Assembly (NCBI GenBank): GCA_951406725.2
Contig: OX597830.1
Coordinates: 71,548,001 to 71,612,000, forward strand
Origin: Octopus vulgaris
Taxonomy: Eukaryota
DNA: 64,000 nt
Direction of reading: 5' to 3'
The notes beneath the pieces were generated by a model, which was not told where the DNA came from, made no database searches, and saw only the letters and a list, made by a program, of their open reading frames with translations. Positions 11,266 through 24,053 of the stretch are shown here, in pieces (position 1 is the first letter of the stretch; each line of letters begins with the position of its first letter). The translations under genes and the position numbers were made by a program.

Positions 11266-11465
11266 ATAGTAAATCCAAACATGAAAACACAACAACGCGA
11301 GGACGTGGAACAAGTATAGTATTATTGGACGCTCAGGAAGGAAGGGAAGAAGGAGGGTTTAACGTTTCGAGCGGAGCTCTTCGTCAGAAACATAGGAAAA
11401 GGAAAGATCCAAAGAAGAGAAGACGGAGGAAAAAAAATCGCCAACGGTACACACGAGGTCACATT
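11266..11465 (-). mobile_element. Short hammerhead-bearing repeat with the same layout as 1420-1622
   Basis: Minus strand: pyrimidine leader, HHR, TTCCTGAGCGT motif, T-rich tail running into (TA)n. Confidence 0.65.
11357..11391 (-). ncRNA. Minimal type-I hammerhead ribozyme motif
   Basis: Minus strand GTTT-CTGACGA-A-GAGC tcc GCTC-GAAA-CG-TT-AAAC: canonical CUGANGA/GAAA core with perfect stems I and II. Confidence 0.7.
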
Positions 11466-12274
11466 ATCGATGACCGTTGATTTCTCTGATCTCATCTGCG
11501 CTATGAGTGGTTTGTATTTTCATGGCGTAGGGTATCATGCTATACGTCTCTCAAAGCAAGATTGTTGCTGTTGCTGGTCTCGTTGCCGACAACCCGATGG
11601 TATATGCAACAGATAGGAGAGGGTTCCGTGTTACTAGTAGTAGTAGTAGTAGTAGTATACGTGTATGCTCATCATTATGCTTCATTACATATACATATTG
11701 GTTTCCAAATTATCTGTCCGTCTGTCTGTCTACATATATGTTTGTAGGTTACAATTTGAGGTGTCTCTCCATTCAGTTGTCCGCGCTTTCGCTTTTTGTT
11801 GTGAATTGTAAATTGTTATACTAAGTGGTATAACAGTATACAACATTTATACCTTGGTAAATAGTCATAATCAAAAGTATTGATTGAGACAGAAGCCTAC
11901 GGATTTGGGGAAGAAAGGAGTAGTCCTTATCATTTACATATGTATTAGTGGTACCTGCCAGAGGGAGTGTTTGTCCAGGATAGGACTACACAGCCACAGC
12001 AGGAAATGTATCAGGACATGAAATGTAAAAGCCGGACTAGACTATGCGCAACTCCATGTCTCTCGAGACAGAAAGGATGCCAACCAACCAAGTGTCACTT
12101 TATTTTTTCGACGTGGAAAGCATGAAAGCAATGTGGTGTTTGAAATCACATATTAAAGAGCCGGAGAAAATAAGGTGACCTACAGTTGCCGTGGCTTTAA
12201 CTGTTATACCAAGACACTAACTTTTCAAATAATAATAATAATTCTTTGTACTATTATATTTTCACCACCTCGAA

Positions 12275-12463
12275 TTTTGGGGAAGGGGGCTAAACGATCC
12301 AAGTACTCATCGACCCAAGTACTTAATCAGTACTTTTATTGTCAACTCCGAAATGATGAAGGACGAAGTCGACCTCGGTGGAATTTGAACTCAGAACATG
12401 TAGACAGACGAAATACCGCTAAGCATCTAGCCCGACATGCAAACGATTCTGCCAGCTCGCGGC
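12275..12463 (-). mobile_element. SINE family C, diverged
   Basis: Similar to the TSD-bounded copy at 52324-52556. Confidence 0.75.
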
Positions 12464-12570
12464 ATAAATAATAATAATAATGATAATAATAATAATAATA
12501 ATAATAATAAATCATGTACGTCATCATCAACAATATTATTACTATTATTGTTTATGGCTACTATTATTAA

Positions 12571-12793
12571 GTGGAGGCGCGTGGCTTAGTTGTTAGGGCG
12601 TCAGCACCTTGATCGTAAGATTGTGGTTTCGATTCCTGGACCGGGTGACGCGTTGTGTTCTTGAGCAAAACTCTTCATTTCCGTTGCTCCAGTCCACTGA
12701 GCTGGCAAAAATGAGTAACGCTGCGATGGACTGGCGTCCCGTCCAGCTGAGGAACACGTAGGTCATAGAAACCGGAAAACCGGGCCCATGAGC
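12571..12793 (+). mobile_element. SINE family B (tRNA head, CORE-like domain, GCGATGGACTGGCGTCCCGTCCAG tail domain)
   Basis: A-box TGGCTTAGTTG, B-box GTTTCGATTCC, TTGTGTTCTTGAGCAAAA core. Head and tail are shared with 10364 and 57234. Confidence 0.85.
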
Positions 12794-12824
12794 TTATTAT
12801 TATTATTATTACTATTATTATTAA

Positions 12825-13326
12825 TGTTATTGCACCACCACCCCGGCACACATAAGCATGTATGTGTGTGTATGTACTTGCATATTCTCCAAGTATGAAT
12901 TCACACATCATTCTGTGCGTTTGCTAAATTTGTACGCTTATGGGTAACTGTATATTTATCTGCGGTTGATAGCTGCGATTTGTGGATATGATATTCATTT
13001 ACATCGGCCTCTTACAAATCCATTCGGGTTTTATACAACAGACATCTGTGGAGTAGTGGTGAGGAATAACAAGTGTGTACTCTATATAAAGAGCGTACGA
13101 GTATCTAAAAATAACTGATAGAAAAGCGGGTGGTGGCTTCATTATTATCGTAAAGCAATGTAAATTTAGTTCATTCAATCCACAATGACTTCGAAGTTTT
13201 GTCGACTGTTGTCTTTGTCAGGCAACCTTTCAAGTCACTACGAATTATTAAAAACTTTCTAACACACACAATTATAGACACGCCCATGCAGACAGGTCAC
13301 ACGTGTGTTACATAACAGTTTATATG

Positions 13327-13397
<71 letters not shown>

Positions 13398-13531
13398 ACT
13401 GTTATTGCACCACCACCCCGGTACACATAAGCATGTATGTGTGTATGTACTTGCATATTCTCCGAGTATGAATTCACACATCATTGTGTACGTTTGCTAA
13501 ATTTGTACACTTATGGGTAACTGTATATTTA

Positions 13532-13536
<5 letters not shown>
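12825..13536. repeat. Local ~137-bp direct duplication (12825-12962 and 13400-13536)
   Basis: TGTTATTGCACCACCACCCCGG...GGGTAACTGTATATTTATCTG occurs twice. Confidence 0.9.
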
Positions 13537-13582
<46 letters not shown>

Positions 13583-13584
<2 letters not shown>

Positions 13585-13920
13585 AGTTGCCTTGTGGTAA
13601 ATAGCTTGCTTACCAACCACATGTTTCCGGGTTCAGTCCCACTGCTTGGCACCTTGGGCAAGTGTCTTCTGCTATAGCCTCGCGCCGACTAAAACCTTGT
13701 GAATGGATTTGGTAGACAAGAAACTATATATGTGTGTGCCTGTGTTTGTTCCCCTACCATCGCGTGACAACCGATATTGTGTTTATGGCCCAGTAACTTA
13801 GCAGATCGGCATAAGAGACCGAGAGAATAAGTATTAGGCTTAGAAAGAATAAGTCCTGGGGCCGATTTGTTTGACTAAAGGCGGTGCTCCAGCATGGCCA
13901 CAGTCAAATGACTCAAAGAA
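13583..13920 (+). mobile_element. SINE family A
   Basis: Head, CORE-like ACCTTGGGCAAGT and tail are all present. Confidence 0.88.
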
Positions 13921-14009
13921 ATATTAAAAAATAAATTTTAAAAGTAAACATAAGAACGATATTAATTTTTTAAAAATATCACCGATTGTGGCTGCCGTAC
14001 AGTCAAATT

Positions 14010-14040
<31 letters not shown>

Positions 14041-14103
14041 ATATGTATATATATGAGCACCTGCATTGGTATAAATAGAAGTCATCATACTTCTATGCCA
14101 TGG

Positions 14104-14155
<52 letters not shown>

Positions 14156-14187
14156 GCGTGTGTTTGCATGTACACTGTAATTGTCGA

Positions 14188-14245
<58 letters not shown>

Positions 14246-14922
14246 AACAGAGAGATAGACAGACAGATATCTTGTTTCAGCTAATAGACTGCAGCCAATG
14301 CTGGGACACCGCTTCAAAGGGTTGAGGCGAACAAACGATCAAATCGATCACGGTGGTACATCTCTCTCTCTCATTTTTGAGATGTCGCATAAATACCGGC
14401 ACGAAAACAAACCAGCACCGGTTGTGAAGCAGTGACAGGGGACAATCACAGACCACATATAAACATGCACACACACACACACACACACACATTGTCTGGG
14501 GAGAGTTATATTATCTAACACACTCATCGGTTGGATTTCCACACATTTATTTTTTACTTTTTTTCTTCCAAAATTATCGTTGCACCCTTGACAAGGTTGC
14601 AATGGATGTTGACAAGATTGCAAAAGCAACGAAAATTTTGGAGGAAAAATCATATTTGAGTGGAAATATAACCGGTTAGTGTGTTGGCTAATAAAGCATG
14701 AAGACAATATGACTCCAGAGACACAACATAAGTTGCTTCTACACACGAAATGACATAGAAAACGTTGCGATACCACCAGTCATGTTTTGGCTGCTATTTC
14801 CAGCGTGGTGGTATCTCTTAGATACCCTAAATTATAATTTTAATAATAATTATTACCTTTGAAGGTGTTTTATTACTATGCTTGCCACTTGATAAGATCA
14901 ATATTTAAATTAACGATCTTAT

Positions 14923-14972
<50 letters not shown>

Positions 14973-15500
14973 TTCCTAGTACTTATTCTGTCGGTGTCTT
15001 TTGCCGAACCGCTAGATTACGGGGACATATACACGCTGTAGGACTGAACACGGAACCATCTGGTTGGGAAGCCAACTCCTTACATACACAAACATGTATA
15101 TGTACATTTTATGTATGTATATATGAATGTATGTATGCATGTATCTATCTATCTATGCGCGCGCGTTGTTGCTGTTGTTGTGTGTGTGTGTGTGTCCATG
15201 CATCCCTTGAGGGTATTTAAATATCTAAGATCACGAAACAAGAGAGATAACTCCAATCTTCCCGCTGCAATTTTTTTGTCTATAAAGGGAATATGATAAA
15301 GCGTCGAAGTTGCATTCAAAAGCCGGCTGGTGATGGAAAAGCAACTGTACACGCCTTACACTATGTGTGTTTACTATCCTGATCGTTCTCCTCAAGTACT
15401 GTCACTTAAAGCTCAATATTACATCTTTATATGTGTGTGTGTGCCAGTATGTGTCTGTGTGTATGTGTGTGTGTTAGTGTCTGTCTGCCTGTCTATGTGC

Positions 15501-15531
<31 letters not shown>

Positions 15532-15563
15532 TGTATGTATGTATGTATCTATCTATCTATCTA

Positions 15564-15618
<55 letters not shown>

Positions 15619-15681
15619 TTATATATTTTATTTTATCTAGTTTCAGCTCACGAGCTGTGGCCATGCTGGGGCACCGCCATG

Positions 15682-15714
<33 letters not shown>

Positions 15715-16574
15715 TAGTGTCTGCCTGCCTGCCTATGTGCATATGTATGTATGTATGTACGTATGTATGTATCTATCTATGCTTCTCTATGTGTGTGTGT
15801 GTGTGTGAGTGTGTACTTTGCTGCCTATGTGGTCTCCAACACGATATCTGCATCACTATTCACGGCAAATCATGTCCGAAGAATGGACTACGCGATATCA
15901 TTAGAATGACCTCCCTTGATAGTTTTTTTTACCATTTTTTTTCCTTATTAATCACCCAGAGGCGGAGCTTTTTGACTCCCTTTGCAACGTTTAATTTTGG
16001 TTGATTGAACCTTAACGACTAACAAACTAATTAAGTAACTAATTAATTGTGTGTATGCATGTAGCGTGTGTGCTTGCAGGTGTGTATATTTGCGTGGGTG
16101 AGCATGTATATAAAACAAATTTTGATTGTGATAATTTAAAGAGAAAATTATTATTTTCAAATTTGCTCTGGCTGGTAAACACGTTTAAGTTAATAGATAT
16201 AGATTTGCGTGCCAGATGACATGTGTTTGTGTCCACATGTCTCTGTGTCCACATGTGTGTGTGTGCGTGTGTGTGTGTGTGTGTGAGAGAGAGTGTATTT
16301 GTGTGAGTGCTTGTTGTGTATACAGCTATTTACGAATATCGAAACCATTATGCAGGTTTATTTATATAAATCTAGACCCAATGGTGCGTAACTGTCTGCA
16401 TGTGTGTGTGTACATTAGGTCATGTGTGTGTATATGTTGTTGCATGCATATGTGTCTGTGTGTTCACTTGTATGTTTATGACTATGTGGGTGGTTGGGTG
16501 TGCATTGCCCATATATCAACTGTAACAAATATATATATATATATAATATATATATAAATCAATCCTTGTCGGCA

Positions 16575-16678
16575 TCTGCCTCTCCCTCTCCCTCACTCTC
16601 CTTCTCTCTCTCTCTCTCACTCTCTGCCTGACTATCTGTCTGCCTTTCTTACACAGTCTTTCCCCTCTATCATTGCAG
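16575..16678 (+). promoter_or_regulatory. Polypyrimidine tract and 3' splice acceptor of the coding exon
   Basis: Long CT-rich tract ending TCCCCTCTATCATTGCAG, with AG at 16677-16678. Confidence 0.8.
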
Positions 16679-16693
16679 GTGGTATGATCGAAA

Positions 16694-17192
16694 ATGGAAC
16701 CCAGTAACAACCTCCTTGCCCACTCGAGCTTACCATTTTATCCCGCCATCACTACAAGTATGTCTGCAGGAATACTAACTGCGAGTACGGGAGGACAGGA
16801 AACCGCTTCCAGATCGGCGCTGTCCGGTCAAAATGCCTGGGGCACGTACGGAAATGAAGCCAGCTTAGTTCCACATAACTCGTGTTCCATGTCATCTTAT
16901 TCCAATTTGCAGCTGGGTGCCACGTTCCCAATGAACAGTAAACCCTCGTACACAACATTCGGAACAAGTGCAGAATATTTGACAAACTGTAGACAGATGC
17001 AACTCAACCAACTGGGTACATTGAATGCAATGCCCATGAGAAATTATCCGATATACGGTGACGTATATCAACCTGGACATGCGGCCAGTTACACAAACGG
17101 TGGATTTTACCCCGATGTTACACCCGGAATAACAGCCATATCGGGTAGAGAACACGAATGTCGGAACGGGCCGACAGACTCCACAGGGCAAG
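16694..17192 (+). CDS. First coding exon (166 codons + 1 nt) of a host gene; S/T/G/Y/M-rich N-terminus, probably of a developmental transcription factor (homeobox class suspected but unproven)
   Basis: The only complex, higher-GC, non-TE ORF in the window (MEPSNNLLAHSSLPFYP...PMRNYPIYGDVYQP...TDSTGQ). It has an acceptor at 16678, an in-frame upstream TGA at 16685-87, an AAAATGG start context and a perfect donor CAAG|GTAAGT at 17193. The product class is inferred from composition only. Confidence 0.85.
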
Positions 17193-17287
17193 GTAAGTAA
17201 TCTAAGCTAAACTATGCATGCACACACAAGCATACACACACACACACACTATGTGTGTGCATATATATATATGCACAAATATATATG

Positions 17288-17365
<78 letters not shown>

Positions 17366-18082
17366 AATATATATGTATATATATGTATGTATATATATAA
17401 GTGTATATATATGTCCCTATGTATAAATATGTATACACTTATTTTCGTGGTGACCAATCTCTTATACATGTATCCTCTATAACTTTCTTTGATGTATAAA
17501 TATTTCGTTATGTAAATGTATATATATATATATTCTCTATATATGTGTATACGTGAAAAGATATGATTTGTGTGTGTGTATCTGTGTGTGTGTGTATCTG
17601 TGTGTGTGTGTGTTTGTGTGTGTAAGCTCTATTTCCTTTATGCATTTTCTTTAACGTGACTGCCCATTTCTTATGCTTGCATCACCAGGACAAAACGGTT
17701 TTGTTATACATAGACGTTAAAAGCAGTTTTCTTTTCAAAAGAGTTTTGAAAGGGACATGACTCTGGTAGATCATAACATTTGGGGAGCGGATACACACCA
17801 GCACACAGACACACAGAGAATTAGTTATGTATGTTAAGTATATGTCTATGTATTTTATGAGAAAAATTCTGAGAGAGAGAAACAGAGAGGGAGGGAAAGA
17901 GAGGTAGAGAGAGGGGACGAGACTGGGAGAAAAAAGGGGTGATTGTGTGTGTGCGCGTGCGTAGGGACATGTTTTCATGAACTTATTGCATCCATTCAAC
18001 TTAAATATATGTGCGTGTGTATTGTATAAATGTATGGTATGTGTGCGTTTCAGTATGTATATATATATATATATATATATAT

Positions 18083-18520
18083 GGCAATCTTTCGTCTCTA
18101 GTAGACCTTTCCGTCGATTTCCGTAAAAAAAAAATTTTATTTTACATATGGGCTTGCGGGAACTTTTGAAGTAATGAGAGCCAAAGAGACTAAGAGAAAG
18201 CGATTGTATGACGAGGGAAGTTCTTTTGAAGTTACCGTTCAGGGGAAGCATTGATGTACATGTGTGTGTGTGTGCGTGTGTGTGCGTGTGTGTTTGATGG
18301 GGTGTGGGAGACAGACAGTATGTTGTGTAAGTGAAATGCTTCTGTTAGTGTGTGTGAAGAGACAGAGTAATGTGTGAAAGAGAGAGATAACTGAAATTTT
18401 TTACTCGGTGTATGTGTATATGTATGTATATTACTTAAAAAGTTCCCGCAAGCCCATATGTAAAAAAAAAAATTTTTTACGGAAATCGACGGAAAGGTCT
18501 ACTAGAGACGAAAGATCGCC
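18083..18520. mobile_element. MITE with ~93-bp terminal inverted repeats, inserted in (TA)n
   Basis: GGCAATCTTTCGTCTCTAGTAGACC... (18083-18175) is the near-perfect reverse complement of 18430-18520. The interior is non-coding. Confidence 0.88.
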
Positions 18521-18527
18521 ATATATA

Positions 18528-18567
<40 letters not shown>

Positions 18568-18743
18568 TAGGTAGATAGATTGTCAATACCGACAATTAAT
18601 TATGTATGTGTTTATATACATACACACATACACTCGCTTCTATTCACACTAATTTAGGAAGTGCTAACCTCTCATTTATCAGTATATGTATTTATATATA
18701 CATATCCAACTGTGTATGTGTGTGTGCACTTATATTTAAATGT

Positions 18744-18790
<47 letters not shown>

Positions 18791-18797
18791 CATAGAA

Positions 18798-18845
<48 letters not shown>

Positions 18846-19829
18846 GTATAATGTAAGGAAGATTTATAAGAATAACTGAATTCTAAATCACATGCTTTCT
18901 TGTTTGCACACTTGTTACATTTGTACACACACACACACATACACACACTCACGCACAGAATTTATGTTGTATTTCATTCAGTCCTTGGACTGCAGCCATT
19001 TTACGATACTGCCTTAAAGGAATTTTCTCGAAGAAATCGAACCCGGTTGACATTTCATCGTTGACATTTGTTGAAATATCTGACAATCGGTGCTGGTTTG
19101 TTTACATTCTGCTTGCCTCAGCGGTTCGGTTAAATCATCACTGGGTCTCAGTCGGGATCCAAATGAGCCCTGGGTGCCCAAATAAATCTTTTTGATGTTC
19201 ACTGTAGCAAAATATTTAATTGGTCATCCACTATAGTATTCATGAGTCCATAAAAAATTCTGATATAAACACATGTATTGCATAAAACTGTGACGGACCG
19301 GCGTCCCGTCCGGGTAGGAAACTTATACACAAATGAAACCGGCGTGTGGCTCGAGAATGAACAAAAGAACAACAACAACAACAAATATTGCATATTTCTC
19401 TAATGTCTTACATAATTCAACCTACACAAGTGAATGAGTGATTAACAAAACAGGAAGTTTGAAAGAAGTATCTACAAAGTTAGTTTTTAAACATTGAGGG
19501 GTCCATAAGACATTCAACAGCATTAATTAGTAAACAAAGGCGACTATCAGTGACAAATGGTTCAGAACCACTGGGTGTAAGAATCTAAGAGAATAAATAC
19601 GAAATTAAAATTAACAGAAAAAATTCTGTGGTGTCGATTTGCTCGACTAAAAACCTTTAGGACAGTGTCCCCACTAGATGGCCGCAATCCAGAGTGAAAC
19701 AAACAAAACGTACGACATACATACATACATACATACATACATACATACATAGTGCAAATGTATAATGTTCGTATATATAATGTATATATATATATTTGGT
19801 CATATACATACATACACATATATAAGTGC

Positions 19830-19859
<30 letters not shown>

Positions 19860-19875
<16 letters not shown>

Positions 19876-20048
19876 ACATATATAACAAATATATGTATAT
19901 ATATATATGTACATATATATAACAAATATATGTATATATATATACATATATATTACAAATATATGTATATATATATATGTACATATATATAACAAATATA
20001 TGTATATATATATGTATATATTTATAACAAATATATATATATATTTAT

Positions 20049-20091
<43 letters not shown>

Positions 20092-20404
20092 ACATATATA
20101 ACAAATATATGTATATATATATATATGTATACATATATAACAAATATATGTATATATATATATATGTACATATATATAACAAATATATATATATATATAT
20201 ATGTATACATATATAACAAATATATGTATATATATATATATGTACATATATATAACAAATATATGTATATATATATATGTACATATATATAACAAATATA
20301 TGTATATATATATGTACATATATATAACAAATATATGTATATATATATGTACATATATATAACAAATATATGTATATATATATATATGTATATATTTATA
20401 ACAA

Positions 20405-20435
<31 letters not shown>

Positions 20436-20455
20436 ACAAATATATATATATATAT
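19860..20455. repeat. Minisatellite, ~30-38-bp unit ATATATAACAAATATATGTATATATATATGTAC
   Basis: The TAACAAA anchor recurs about 17 times within a TA background. Confidence 0.9.
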
Positions 20456-21276
20456 TATGTAACGTCTAAAGAGTATATATGTATATATATATATATATGT
20501 ATTCTGCAAATATTTATATTATACACACACACACATATATGTATTTTATGATTACATAAATATATGTAATCATACGTATATATTTACATGTATTATATAT
20601 ATTATATTTATACATTAAATGCACACACGTTTTGGATATGCAACTAAAATTAAATAATATATCTATTACCCCTGTTTACATCTCTCCCTCTGTTGTCCCA
20701 TATGTATATGGGCGTTGTATATGTTGGTAAACATCAGCAAGCAAACCTAAAAACCGGTGTTCTCTTTGAAAGTCTCCAATAATATGAGTTCCACACCAAA
20801 GAATACAGGCCGCCGGTAACTGCTATCAATATAAAATTGTCACTAACGTAGGTTAATGTGCATAGGTGCTGATAACTTTGGTTGTTTCTTTTTTACTTGT
20901 TTCTGTCATTTGACTGTGGACATGACGGGCACCGTCACAAATGTTATAGTCGAACAAATTGAGCCTCGTACTTATATAGCCGGCATCTTTTGCCAAACGG
21001 TTAATGTTTGGAAGACAAAACAAAAACCAACACTGGTTTTAAATAAAACAGACACACACACACACGCACGCACACACACACACACACACACACACAACCA
21101 CGCAGCATATTCTTATACACACACACACCTACACACATCTGCATATATATGTACACACATACATACACAAAAACTTACATACATATGTACAAACATACAT
21201 ACATGCAGGTGTATACATACACCCTAGTCACATTTAGTAAAAATTAAAATTCTCCTTTTTGGTGAAATATAGCATT

Positions 21277-21313
21277 ATATATATATATACACATGTATAT
21301 GTATATATATAAA

Positions 21314-21362
<49 letters not shown>

Positions 21363-21533
21363 GTATATATATATGTATATATATATATGTATATATATAT
21401 ATGTATATATATATGTATATGTATATGTATATGTATATATATATGTATATGTATATGTATATGTATATATATGTATATATATATGTATATATATATGTAT
21501 ATATATATGTATATGTATATGTATATGTATATA

Positions 21534-21604
<71 letters not shown>

Positions 21605-21641
21605 ATGTATATATATGTATATATATGTATATGTATATATG

Positions 21642-21689
<48 letters not shown>

Positions 21690-21717
21690 AATATTTATAT
21701 ATATGTATATATATAAA

Positions 21718-21755
<38 letters not shown>
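21277..21755. repeat. (TA)n/(TATATG)n microsatellite block
   Basis: Read directly from the sequence. Confidence 0.95.
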
Positions 21756-21757
<2 letters not shown>

Positions 21758-21797
21758 TGTGATTGTATGTGTGTGTGTGTGTAGAGAGAGAGATCTG

Positions 21798-22230
21798 TTC
21801 TTTTACTTGTTTCAGTCATTGGACTACGGTCATGTTGAGGCACCACATTCAATGTTTTAGCCAAGCAAATGGATCCCAGTTCTAATTTACTGTTAAAGCC
21901 TGATACTTATTCCGTCAGTCGCTTTTTGCCAAATCGCTAAACTTACGAGGACTTTAACAAACCAGCACCGGTTGTCACCGGTTCTCATGGGAGAGAAACA
22001 GTGACGCACATATAGACACACAGACACACGCAAATACACACATACAGACATGTATATAAAAGTGTGTGTGTCTGTGTGCATGTGTGTGTATGTTTGTCTA
22101 TGTGTGCACCGGAATTCCTTCAGTTTCCACCTTCCACATCCATTCACATGATTTTAGTCATCATGGACGGGCATCAGAAGACACTTACTCAAAGTCAGGT
22201 TGAAAAGCAAAATTTTTAGCACACAGTCTT
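21798..22230 (-). mobile_element. SINE family A, old diverged copy
   Basis: TTTTACTTGTTTCAGTCATTGGACT tail and CAGTTTCC middle are recognisable. Confidence 0.65.
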
Positions 22231-22616
22231 TTAACAATATATGTTAATATACTGATGCAAAATGTTTAGCACACAGTCCTATATGTATATATAGGGAGAG
22301 TTTACGAAAAAAACAAAAAACGAAGACAGGTGGTGTACTTTGCAGAAATAAGCTATTGTATTCAAAACACTGCTTAGCCTCAAATTGCACTTGAAGGATC
22401 TCACCCATGATCATTTGATCCTTCCATCAACAACCATCTATTTTAATCTGTACATAATAGATTAGAGTATTCCAAGTATGTATATACATATATACATACA
22501 TTCATACATGCATACGTACATACATATATATATATGTGTGTTTGTATGCATGTACATATGTATATACGTAGGTATATGTATGTATCTACATACTTATATA
22601 CGTACATGCATGCATA

Positions 22617-22878
22617 CTCAATATCCTACCGAAGAACCTAAGAGACATGCATGGGGTAGACACAGATGTCTTTAAAATAAAACTGGATCTATTCTTATCA
22701 GGTGTCCCAGATGAACCAACTTCACGGCAGGAGGTGCAAATGAGGGCAGCTGCAACGAACTCTCTCATGCACCAAATGGCAATTGCTAAAAAGCACTCGT
22801 GAAGTAAAATCATGTAGCAACACCAAATGGCGGTGCCCCAGCATGGCCACAGCTTGTGAGCTGAAACTAGATAAATAT
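22617..22878 (+). mobile_element. CR1/L2-group LINE 3' end (ORF2 C-terminus + 3' UTR)
   Basis: Open frame [61 protein letters not shown] (TGA 22800-02), then GGCGGTGCCCCAGCATGGCCACAGC...CTGAAACTAGATAAA. A near-identical shorter copy is at 59850. Confidence 0.8.
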
Positions 22879-22940
22879 TTTAAAAAATTACTTGCATACA
22901 TACATACATGCATACATACATACATACATACATACATACA

Positions 22941-22971
<31 letters not shown>

Positions 22972-23309
22972 TTCTAGCAAGTGGAGTATCAAAATAGTGG
23001 GTGTTTTCTGTGAATCAATCGATCGATATCTCACACATAACAGACGAGTCCTCAATTCTCGCAGCTGTTCAAAGCACATCAGTATCATTCATCGATAAGA
23101 AAATGCCATTGGACAACGTATAAAGGCATAACAGCCAATTTAATCAATTCTCTCTTATCCCCTTTCTCTCCCTTTATGCCACTATAAGCTTTAAAGTAGT
23201 GAATATCTATCTACATATCTATCTATCTATCTCCCAAACTATATATGTATCTATCATTCTGTCTATATGTGTGTATGTGTTTGTTCATACACGCATATAT
23301 ATATATATA

Positions 23310-23358
<49 letters not shown>

Positions 23359-23378
23359 ATATATATGTACATATGTAT

Positions 23379-23970
23379 GTGGTAAGTAGCTTGTTTACCA
23401 ACCACATGGTTCCGGGTTCAGTCCCACTGCGTGGCACCTTGGGCAAGTGTCTTCTATTATAGGCTCGGGCCGACCAAAGCCTTGTGAGTGGATTTGGTAG
23501 ACGGAAACTGAAAGAAGCTTGTCGTATATATGTATGTGCGTGTATGTTTGTGTGTCTGTGTTTGTCCCCCTAGCATTGCTTGACAACCGATGCTGGTGTG
23601 TTTATGTCCCCGTTACTTAGCTGTTCGGCAAAAGAGACCCATAGAATAAATACTGGGCTTACAATGAATAAGTCCCGGAGTCGAGTTGCTCGATTAAAGA
23701 CGCTGCACCAGCATGGCCGCAGTCAAAATGACTGAAAGAAGGGAAAAATAAAAGAGATATGTGTGTGTTTGTGTCCCCCCCCCCTCAGCATCGCTTGACA
23801 ACAGATGCTGGTGTGTTTACGTCCCCGTAACTTAGCGGTTCGGCAAAAGAGACCGGTAGAATAAGCACTAGGCTTACAAAGAATAAGTCCTGGGGTCAAC
23901 TTGCTCGACTAAAGGCGCTGCTCTAGCATGGCCACAGATACATGACTGAAACAAGTAAAAGAGTAAAAGA
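23379..23970 (+). mobile_element. SINE family A followed by a second tandem 3' half
   Basis: Full copy 23379-23756, repeated tail 23757-23970. Confidence 0.88.
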
Positions 23971-24007
23971 ATATATATATAAATACACAGGCACACACGC
24001 GCACACA

Positions 24008-24053
<46 letters not shown>

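Noticed and set aside
17193-17200. ORF-track ending ...GQGK* implying a single-exon 168-aa protein
   Set aside because: The last codons overlap a perfect AG|GTAAGT donor, so the stop is most likely intronic.
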